Of a stretch of DNA of 64,000 bases, positions 23,788 through 34,000 are shown one piece after another. The notes under the pieces were generated by a model that saw only the letters and a list, made by a program, of their open reading frames with translations, did no database searches and was not told where the DNA came from. The stretch's first letter is position 1; each line of letters starts with the position of its first letter. The stretch covers positions 1,860,001 to 1,924,000 of the forward strand of contig OZ076415.1 of the NCBI GenBank assembly GCA_964187785.1. The letters are read 5' to 3'. The position numbers and the translations under genes are program-made. Source of the DNA: Amphiscolops sp. MND2022. Its lineage: Eukaryota.

Positions 23788-25687
23788 TCATTTCTGAGGA
23801 ATTTTGGTTCGTGGTATTTTTTTCCACTTCCCCCCGGTTAAACGGTAGATGCCGGGCTTTACTATGTTTCTCCACCGTTGAATTAATTCAGTGGTTTCGG
23901 GTGATGAGTCTGCTTCAAGAGTATCAATTGTTCGGGCGTCCATTGTTATTTTTGAATTTGATGAGTTTTGTAGGTGATGAATTTCGCGTGTGGACGGTAA
24001 GTTGTTAAGGCAATCAACGGCGTTTTGTTCACGCGTTTCTCGTGACCGCGGTTCGTTGTTTGTTTTGCGTTCGCTCTCCGTCGTTCCGTTTTCTGATTGG
24101 TTAGTGTGGTTGCTAAGGCAACCATATTTGAAGATGAATTTGTAGTGCGGCAAGATGTTGTTAATTACGTATTCTTCGTCGTATACGTCATCCGTTTGCG
24201 GCTGCGCTGACGGATTTCTGCTCAAGTAATCCGTGAGTGCTAGATGCTTGCCTGCGATATGGTTCACGTTTATTGTGAAATGTGCTAATCGGTCAAGCCA
24301 TCTTGTTAGCCGTGCGCTGTACGTTTTATTGGATCGGTTCCGCTTTATCAGCGGTTCTAGTGCTTGGTGGTCCGTGAGTAATTTAATCGGTTTGCCGTAA
24401 ATATATAGTCGGAAGTGTTCTAGCCCCCAAACTACTGCTAATAATTCGAGTTCGTTAATTGCGTATTTCTTTTCAGTGTCAGATAGAAATCGGCTTGCGA
24501 AACCGATCGGTTTTAATTTTCCGTCCGGTTGTTCTTGCCATAGCGTCGCACCGAGGTCTTTTGTACTGGCGTCGGTTGTTATCACGTTTTGGTAGTCTGA
24601 ATTGTAATGAGCCAGACACGGTATTTCTGTGATCTTTTGTTTTAGATTTTCGAAGGCCCGTGTGTGTTCTTCCGTCCATAACCATTCGGTGTCTTTCTTT
24701 AATAGTTGTCTCAAACTGTACGTCTGTGCTGATAAATTGTCTATGTATTTGGACAGGTATTGGATGGCTCCCAGAAATGATTTGAGTTCTTTCTCGTTGT
24801 TTGGCTGTTTCAAATTTTTTATTGCCATTAGTTTGTCCTGTAACGGTCTGATACCGTTTTGGTCATTTTTGTGGCCAATCCATTCGATTTCCGTTTTAAA
24901 GAATTCGGATTTGCTTTCGCTCAGTCTGTATCCGGCGTTTTCTAGCCTGGTTAAGACATCCACTAGTTCTTTTTTGTGTTGTTCTTTGGAGCCTTTTGTT
25001 ACCACGATTTGTCGTCCAACCATGCTGGGTGTTTGTTTTCCAATGTTTGGTCAGTTTTTTCTTGAAAAATTGTTGGTATGCCCGGTAATCCGTAAAACCC
25101 TTTTAGGAAACGGTAGTAACCGGTAAAGTTTCCACCGGTTACGGCAAATATGCACAGGTTTCGGGCTTCTCTGGATAATAGTTGTTGACCGTATGCGTAA
25201 TTCAAATCGAATTTTGAGATCCATATTTCGTCTGCCGGTCTGCGTCCGCACTTTTCCTGGAGATTCTGGAAATTAATTCCTCCATGTTTGGCATTTGTGC
25301 CTTTCTCTTGATGGTTATCTCATTTAATTTCCTTGAATCTAGGGCGATTTTTACCGATTTATCTTTCTTTACGGTGATGACTAACGGGCTAACAAAGCAA
25401 TTCTCGTCAATGTTGTTTGCTTTTTCGAAATGGCCCTGTTTCATTAATTTGTTTATTTCCTTTTCAACCGATTGCTGTAAGTGAATCGGTATTGGTCTTC
25501 CTTTTTGTTGGATTAGTCTCGCATCTTCTTTTAGTTGTATTTTTACTTCTAATCCTTCCACGGTGAGGTTTTTTTGAAAGAGTTTTTTGAACTTTCTTTT
25601 CAAGGAAGTAATATTTGGGTCTTCCGTGACGTGGCTTATCTGGGGGCCGGTTCTACCGGTGTCCAGTGTGATTCCCAGTTTTTTCAT
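23788..25687 (-). CDS. pol: E5 reverse transcriptase/RNase H (several frameshifts)
   Basis: [63 protein letters not shown]. Confidence 0.88.
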
Positions 25688-26789
25688 CCAGTCCCTTGTT
25701 GAAAAATGATTTTGGTATCAGTGTCACCGGTGATCCGCTGTCTATTATGAATTTGATTGGTCGGTTATTAATCAATGCGGTGAGGGTGAAGAAGTCTGGA
25801 CCGTCTTTGTTCACTTGACGGGTTGAATGGATCTTCTGGTTAATGCAATGGATTGTGTTCGGTGACCAGTCGTCTTCCTCCGCACTACTGGTTTCTTGTT
25901 CCTGTATGCGGTTTATTCTCTTGTTTGTTCTGCAACATTTTGCGTAATGGTCGATCTTTTCGCATTTTGCGCATTTCTTCCCTCTGTCCGGACATTCGTG
26001 CTGTCTCGACCAGTTTGGGGCTCCGCATCTATTGCAGTCCATTTTCTTGAATTTGGTCGGTTTATCCGTTTGTTCTTTATGGCTTTTTGCTTTTCTTTTA
26101 TTGAGATATCTAATCTTCTTTTCTTCTTCCGTTTCTGGTGAGTCGTTTAGTTTCTCATACATATGTTCATGTAGTGCTTCGGTGATTGCTTCCGCTGACA
26201 TGTCGCTTTTTCTGATTTTTTTCTTGAGGTCGTAATCGCCTGTCGATTTTCCAATTACGGAGAGAAATTTTGATGCTAGTAATTCCGCTGCGGTTATTGT
26301 TTCGAATTCGCAGTTTCTTTCAATTGTCAGTATCCGTTTCCAGACATCTGCCGCTGACTTTCCTTCTTCCCGTTTCAGTTCGAAGAAATCGGCTCTACTA
26401 TGGTGAACATTCCGTTCTGGGGTGAAATGTAACCGGAACAATGAGTACAGTTTGTGTAACGGTAATGAGCTTGGTTCTCTTTCTCTAACCGTTTTGGTCA
26501 TTTCCGTGATAGCATTTTGTCCAATTGCCCACAGAAATATATCCTTTATTTCTGCTTCTAATTGATCACGGTATTGTGGCAGTATCTCTTTGCTGTTTGT
26601 CATCATTGATAGATCTAGGTCTTTCGTCATTTTTATATACTGTGTGAACTTCCGCCACCACATGTTTGCACTGGTGTAATCTTGTTTGTCCAATGTAGGA
26701 ATGGTAAGTTTCTGTGTGCAGGTCCGTTCCGTGGTTCTGTTCATTTTGTCGTTTGGTGGCGGTTGTCCGCGTTGGTGCGTTTCCGTCAC
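25653..26789 (-). CDS. gag: E5 gag-protease
   Basis: Knuckle-like CNRCGAPNWSRQHEC and CAKCEKIDHYAKCC; FIIDSGS protease motif. Confidence 0.88.
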   Translation of the reverse strand: MTETHQRGQPPPNDKMNRTTERTCTQKLTIPTLDKQDYTSANMWWRKFTQYIKMTKDLDLSMMTNSKEILPQYRDQLEAEIKDIFLWAIGQNAITEMTKTVREREPSSLPLHKLYSLFRLHFTPERNVHHSRADFFELKREEGKSAADVWKRILTIERNCEFETITAAELLASKFLSVIGKSTGDYDLKKKIRKSDMSAEAITEALHEHMYEKLNDSPETEEEKKIRYLNKRKAKSHKEQTDKPTKFKKMDCNRCGAPNWSRQHECPDRGKKCAKCEKIDHYAKCCRTNKRINRIQEQETSSAEEDDWSPNTIHCINQKIHSTRQVNKDGPDFFTLTALINNRPIKFIIDSGSPVTLIPKSFFNKGLDEKTGNHTGHR

Positions 26790-26880
26790 CGTCCCGTTGG
26801 TGCTTCCATTTATTGGAGAGGTATTTGTGCTGTCGTCTATTAATCTTCAGTAACTTGTGAGGGTTACTTTGACTGCGCCA

Positions 26881-27074
26881 TGTTGTATCTCTGTTCTAAC
26901 TCGTTAAAGAATGTAAGAGATCTAAGAATTAACTTGTTTTCACTGATGTCTTTTCTATCACTGAGTACAGACATTCATCTGCGCTTAACTGGCAGGACTG
27001 GTATTTAATATAACTAAACAAGAAAGCAGACTAATTAGTTTCTAAAGTTTGTGAGAGTTCGTCTGTCCTTTACA
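26881..27074 (-). repeat. E5 shared middle LTR (5' LTR of copy 1, 3' LTR of copy 2)
   Basis: PBS on its left side and PPT on its right side. Confidence 0.93.
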
Positions 27075-29571
27075 TTCCCCCTTCTTCCACTATTGGCTGA
27101 TATCTCTGCTAATGGAGATTCCTGCTTTCTGTTGTGGCGGTTGTTGTTCCTCCACTGGTCCAGTTTGTGGTGGACGGTTGACCGTTCCTGGCTGTTTTGT
27201 TTGTCACGGTTGTTGTTTGGCCGTAACGTCAAGATTTTGTTTTGTGACCGGTTTACTGGTTGTTGCTCCCCTCCTTCGGTTTGGCTTTTTGTTGATCCGG
27301 TGTGGCTTCCGAATTCAGTCTGTTTACGGTGTTTCCTGTAATCATGACAAATTGGGTTATTATACCTAATAATAGGATTCGTTTTTGTCAGTCTTTTCGA
27401 TCTGCGTACAGGTTCTTTTTCTTCGGTTCCAATTTCGGTGCTTGAGCTCAGATTCTTTGCTAGTTCTAACTCAGAGTTTTCCAGGTTCTTTGCTAACAAT
27501 TTTGTGTTATTATCAGTAAGTACCTTACCGTTTTCGTCTCGGATAAAAATTTCTTGCTCTGCGCTATTAGCGTCTTCTATTGCACGGTCTATTTCCGTGT
27601 CCGTCATGTTTGACGTTGTGATGTCAACGGGCCTGTGTTGTTTCCCGGCGTAGGTGTGTTGGCTGTATTTGGGCTGGCACGATCTCGAATCAATTTTGGG
27701 CGTCCTCGGCCGAGTGTGCTCTTCTTGATGGTTGTGTCTATGGGGAGCTCTGGCGTCTTTGGGCTGTCTATGTCCATTTGTGGTGTTTCCGATTCGGTGT
27801 CCGAGTCGATTACCATTGCCCGCTGATGTTTGGATGGTGATTTGACAAATCGGCCGTGCGGTCCGCGTGGCCCAATTCCTCTGTTGGTGTTTTCCTGGTT
27901 AAAATCAATGACAGGTTTATTTATCATTTTTCGATGTATTACCCTTCCGTTTGGGGTGGTTACTGTATGATTTGTGTCCGATAAAGCTAGCTCTGGTTTA
28001 TCGGAATATGCACTTTTTAGTTTATTTCGTTGGTGTTTTTTCTCTAGAAAAAAGAAAGGACAACTTACTTCTTTTGAGTTTTTCTTCGGCTTCATGGGTA
28101 GCTGGTCAGACACACCGCCAGCTCCACTGAAAGAGTATACCTGTAAGGTATCTGGTTTAGCTGAAACGGAACGTTTTGTTAGCTTTTCGATTTCATCCAG
28201 GTTTAGTAAGTTACTTATTTCCGTGTTCGGTTTTCTACCGTAGTGTAGTTCGAAAGCGGATTTTTTTCAGTCGGGTGTGAGGCGTTTTTCTCATTACGTC
28301 TAGAGATATATCTAGGGCTTTTCCGAAACGTTCTCCGGCTTTAATGTTTGTTAGTAGGTTTTCTTTAAGGGTTCTTACTCCACGCTCTACCAGGCCGGTA
28401 GGTATGTGTATATACGGTGTCCCGTATATTAATTTTATGTAGTGTTTCTTGCAGAAGTCTCTGAAGAGTCGTCCCGTAAACGCAGTGGCCTTATCGGTTC
28501 TAATTATTTTCGGTATGCCGTTTAGCCGAATGTAATGGTCGAGAAATTTTACTGCCGTTTCACCGTCCGTTGAAGTGCAAAAACTGGCCGCTGGCCATTT
28601 ACTGTACCGATCCATGGACAATAAGATATAAAATCGACGGTTGTTTTCCGTCATTGGACCGATGAAATCCAGTTGAATTTCTTCGTTTGGATTATCCAAT
28701 GGTGGAAGACTATTTATTTCCGTGCTAGGTATGTTAGGTTTTATGTTCTTGCCGGACATTTTGCAGGGTAGACATGTTTCACATTTCTTTTGAATTGCCT
28801 CGGTCATCCGTGGCCACCAGAAGTGTCGTGCTGCAAGGGACATTTTGTTGATGTCTGGGTGGCCTTTGTGCAGGAGGCTGATGATGGTCGCTCTAAGGTT
28901 TTTGGGGACAATGATTTTGTCTTCGATGAAGACCAGACCGAATCGGCTTGATAGCTTTCTTTTGTGCATTTGGTATTCTTCGGGAATCAACTCATGCTGC
29001 TGTCGTTCCAAGCTAACAAGTGTCTTCAGTAATGTTGGATCATTGGTGGTCTCGGTCAATAATAATTTTAAATATGTTGAAAAATTCTTTTCGGTCTCTC
29101 GCACGGCTTGTTCGAGGTCCCAGGTGTTTTCGTTCAGTGCAGCTACTTTGGGGGCGTGACCCATTTTCACGTATTGCACGCTTTTCACTCCCACATAGCG
29201 TGCCCAATTCCATGCTGGTACTTCTAAGATGGACGGGTCTTGGTCCGTCTCTGACTCAATTTCGCCTTCTACCATGGGTATTTGGGCGAATTGGTGTTCC
29301 GTGTTTGCTATTGCCGATGATGGTCCGGGCTTGTCGTATTGGCTCTGGTCGTGTTGTTGTTGTTGGACCGGTGCTGGTCGGTCCATCTCCCAAAATGGAT
29401 CTACTGTCCACTGTTCCGACCGTCTGGTTTGTGGCTGGAAGCCGCCACTGTGTTGCCGGCCAATTCTTTGTCTCAGGTCTCCCTGTTGTTGTTCTTGCAT
29501 TATTTGTTGTAATCGCCCCTCGATTACTTTTCTCTCATTTCTGAGGAATTTTGGTTCGTGGTATTTTTTTC
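27075..29571 (-). mobile_element. E5 second tandem copy (PPT, 3' ORFs, integrase), 5'-truncated at a T-run
   Basis: Near-identical to 21328-23820; ORFs of 190, 169 and 421 aa repeat with few substitutions. Confidence 0.92.
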
Positions 29572-29761
29572 TTAATCCTCGAATGAAAACAATATTTTAT
29601 AATCTTTTCGTTATGAGTTTAAATTCTTTGCATGCTCCAAATTGTGTGAAAATGACAATAAGCAGAAATTTTGTTTTCTACTTCTTTTAAGGGGAGGGCA
29701 AATTGTCCGAACTGCGTTGTTTTACCGTGGCTGTCGCTCATATAATTCTAAGTTTAAACTG

Positions 29762-30683
29762 CCCGGGTCGACCCTCCATGGATATCTTAGTAAGATCTTG
29801 GCAAGATATTGGCAAGAATTGCAAGATGTCATGATAAGATCTTATCAAGAGAGCCATGTTCCCAAGAAAACTTTTATTGTAAAATCCTATTTGGAAAGAA
29901 AAAACTCTGAAAGGAAGTCAACAAAAATCAACATTTCTGCAGATCTATTTTGTTAGACATTAAAACTTCTGTTAGCAATGTATAAAATTCGACTGAAAAG
30001 ATACTTATTTAGGAAGACGCTGGTTAAATTGCTCTTTCAATTGCAAAACTATCGCCAACATTGGCGTCAGAAAAGCCTCGAGCTTCATCATTACCCAAAT
30101 TAGTGCAATGGCCGCCGTTTCTAGCAGTAATAAGGCTGCTGAAACAGACTCAAAGAAAGCTGGAAATATGATTACTACAAAAATTTGAGGATTTTAAGGT
30201 CTTTCCTTTGTAACTTTCCGATAGTGGGTCTGGACGTTTGAGAGCATATTTCTCCTCCTCTGGAATCGACAGGAGTGTTAAATTACAAGTTTTGGAAAGC
30301 CCTTGAAATGACCTTTCATTTGGTACATTCGCATTTCTGAGTCCTAAACAGGTGAGCAGTTATTAGGAATCTCGTCAAAATTTTGGAAGCCGGACTACGT
30401 TATCGTAATTTTTCACGCATTTTTGAAAAACGAGTAAAAATAGTCGTTGTTGGGTGAAATGAGCCTTTAGATTGAGTCTCGGCTGTTTGTATCGAAGGTA
30501 TAGTGTTTTTTTATAATCTTAAAATTTTGTCCATCGTGATAAGATACGATCTTGGAATAAGTATTATCTTAGTAAGATCTTAATAAGAGTCTTGCCATGG
30601 GATCCATGGTTGCCAAGATGTAGTAAGAATTTGGCAAGATCTTGCCAAGACAGCCAAGATGCTAGTAAGAGGGTCAACCCGGG
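29762..30683. mobile_element. MITE with CCCGGG termini and 2-bp TSD (TG); CMC/EnSpm-like
   Basis: TIR CCCGGGTCGACCCTC / GAGGGTCAACCCGGG; TG on both flanks; subterminal CAAGATCTTG repeats. Confidence 0.75.
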
Positions 30684-30692
30684 TGCCAATTT

Positions 30693-30950
30693 TAGTCGGC
30701 GATTATTGATGCTAAAGTGCAGACCATTACAGTGACTAGTTGTTTTGTTCAGCTTCTTATTGTTTACGTTTTCTGCAGTTCGTGTACATTCATCATAGAT
30801 TTCTTCTCGTCTCAAAATGTGAGCAAGTCTAAAAAGTGTTCGAGCTCATTTTACAACTCTGTAGAGTAGCAAATCAAAGTCCCCTTTGGTGTTTTTCGGC
30901 ACTGTGCGACTTTTTTCGATCAAAAGTTTTTACGTTTCACGAAAGGGACC
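30693..30950 (+). repeat. 5' fragment of the HINE-like family
   Basis: ttttAGTCGGCG start; TTTTCGGCACTGTGCGAC internal unit; no 3' end. Confidence 0.45.
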
Positions 30951-31053
30951 ACCATAAAATTTCGCCCCTAGTTTCAGTAATGGATTTTGTTAGTCGCAAG
31001 AGAAACGCTGATTTTGTTCTATTTTTAATGCCCTGTTTTTCCCTGTGTTCTAG

Positions 31054-34000
31054 GTGATCATTCTTCCCAGTGTGTATTCCACGGCGGCGTTTGCAGTTCC
31101 CTGGGTCGGCACTTTTCTCTGCACTGCCCAGGCTGCCATGAACATGTTCCTCACAAATCTAAAGGCTGCAGTCATCATGCTCTGTGCCATCGACAGGCAT
31201 GCATGCACATACAAAATTCAGACAAGTTATCACTGTTTCAGTAAGGTTCCTTTCAAAAATTTACGACAACATTGAAGCAAATAGAGTTTGGTTGCTATAA
31301 ATTTGAAGCTTCTAAATTTTGTATTGACCTCAATGCCATCGTTATAAGCCCAAATAATGAAAAAAAAACGTTGCGAAAACTTGAAAAAGTGGGAAAAAAA
31401 TGCCCGAAATGTTTTTTTTCCAAATTTCCCAAATTTTAACCCAACACTTTCTATGGAATGGGTTCAAATTGTCAGTTCTTCTCTAGACAGATTTTAACAC
31501 CTAATACACGGGTTTTCGATTCTCATAACTAAATAGTAGACATAAGTAATCAACTTTTGAGATTTTCGCTTTTTTTGTTGAAAGAAACTCAGGTTGTTTT
31601 TTTCTTGGCGTGCATGTATGGTGTCTGTCCTGTTCTGTGCGTTGGTAGGACGTGTTCGATCACGTTCCCCTTCACATACACAAGATTCGCGACCCCCAGA
31701 CTGTTCTGGATTGAGTTCGGCACCATCTGTGTGCTGTGTGCCAGCATGCCCACTTTCCTGTTCGGAGCCCTCAAGTGGATGGCCCAGGGGGACCCAGAGG
31801 TGAGGATGAACTGATCTGCTCTTTTCTGTCCCCCCCCACCACCTGAATTTTTTTTTGGAAAATTAGTGAAAATCTTATAACATAGACTTGAATACAAACC
31901 ACAAAACTTCAATATTAAATTTATTCACAGAGTGACCTTTTAAAATTGAGATACAAACTTTGCTCACACTTTTCTCCTATGTAGTCACGCATTTTTGACG
32001 AAGAAATCAACAGCTTCCTGTTTTGAGTCAGCAATAAACACCCAGTGTAAAATATCTTGAAACTCTTGCCAAGATCTTGGATTTCCCCGCAAATTCCCGT
32101 TACCTCTTGAAACCCTTGATAAGATCTTGAAATATCTTGGACCGTTAAAAAATCTTGAAGAAATCCGGGAGGTGAAAACTGCATGTAGCAAGTCTGTGAT
32201 AATTTATGCATTTCATCAAACACCAACCAGGAGCGTTCGTATGGAACGAATTTTGTTTATAATAAAATTTCATGCGGAAACATGGAAAAATATTGAAGAT
32301 GAAATCAGGGAAACTTTCCAAACGTATTTTGGAGCCAAATTCTTGAATCAGATTGATAACGTTGTAATAACACAAAACAAAGTTTGGTACCAATTGACAT
32401 ATCGTCTGTTTTAGACTGGAACTGTAGTATACTAATACAGTATACTCATTTCAGTTCACAAGCTTAAGAGCATCACTTTTATCAAAATAAAGAAAAGTTA
32501 AGACATTTTCATTCATGATCATCGATTAATATCTTGCTTTTTCCCGTTTATTATTGGGTTTTCCCGGATTTCTTGGCAAGATTCTTGGCATTTCTTGGAT
32601 TTCTTGACAAGATTCTTGTCATTTCTTGGATTTCTTGACAAGATTCTTGGTTTTTCCTGAAAGATTTTTTGTACTAAAACCCTTTTTGTGCGTTTTTTGT
32701 TTCGAAAAAATTAGGCATTTTTCTTGAAGTTCTTGGCAAGAACTTGCAAGGTCGTACATACTCTTGGCGCTCTTGGTAAGAATCTTGTCAAGATTCTTAC
32801 CAAGGGTTTCAAGAATTTGCAAGATTCTTGGCAAGAATTTCAAGATATTTTACACTGGGCACTTAATACGAACATAATTATAGTCAAAATGTGTGAACAA
32901 CTTTTTTTGAACCAGCGAAAACTACTCTAATAGAAGTTAACTTCCTGTTATGAAAGAAGGTTTTACTTTTAATTAAGCTAGTCTATAGTTTTTAAGGAAA
33001 GGTATTTTCAAAAAAATTTGTGGTGGGCTGAACTGATCACACCTGTACACAGGGATGTTCAAAGGCTAAACGGCAAAGCGATCAATCGATTAATCGGCCT
33101 TCGATTAATCGATCGATCGCATGGATGTATTAAAAACAGGAAATTGACCGAAGCAAATCGATCAATCGGCGATTATTGGCTAGTTAAAACTAATACATTT
33201 TAGGGATCTCTTTCACTATGTCTCCCGCCAGTACAGCGAGTTTTCACTGCTGCCGGATATGCACCCAATGATTTTCGTACTTTACCAGCAAAGTTGGAAG
33301 TGCCGCTTTTTCTTAAGGTGAAGACAAACTTCTCGGACAAAAAGACTGTCCAAGATGCCATCAATGCTAAATAATACTGATATTAGGGCTGTGCAATTAA
33401 CCGACCGAACTCGATTAACCGACCGAAGTTGTCAATGATCGGAACCGACCGACTTATTATATAACCGACTTCGGTTATTTTGTTCAACAAATTAGATTGG
33501 AGCTGGAAAGAAAAAAGACAAGTATTTCCTTTTTTAAGTGTAAATGCCCAGTTTTTACTTGGAATATCAGCTACAGCAGTTCTTAGTGAACGACATTGGT
33601 CCGATTCAGGCAACATCACCACGCAAAGAAACTTTCCGCGAACTTGTTTTTTTCGAGAAGTTGCATTAAGTAAATTGTTCAAAACTGAAGTTGGAAATTA
33701 CTGTTTTGTTCACATTTTTTTATAAATAACCGACTGATAACCGATAACCGACCGAGTTTTTAAATAACCGACCGATAACCGACCGAACTCGAAAAAAAAT
33801 GATAATCGCCCAGCCCTAACTGATATTTGGTATCATTTGAGCAAAATTTAGTTTGTTTCCTTTCATTTGTTTTAAAGCTAATAATCGGCGATTAATTGTT
33901 TAATTGATTGATTACGTCATCAAAAATTGATCAATTAATCCTTTCAGAAAAATTGCATTCGATTAATTGCTTATAACTTTTGAACACCCCTGCTTCTACA

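Larger units (their letters stand above)
21134..27074 (-). mobile_element. E5: full-length Ty3/Gypsy element with 194-bp LTRs (21134-21327, 26881-27074); pol frameshifted
   Basis: LTRs TGTAAAGG...TACAACA differ at one site seen. PPT GGAAGAAGGGGGAA at 21328-21341; PBS TGGCGCAGTC at 26871-26880; gag-PR-RT-RH-IN order. Confidence 0.95.
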
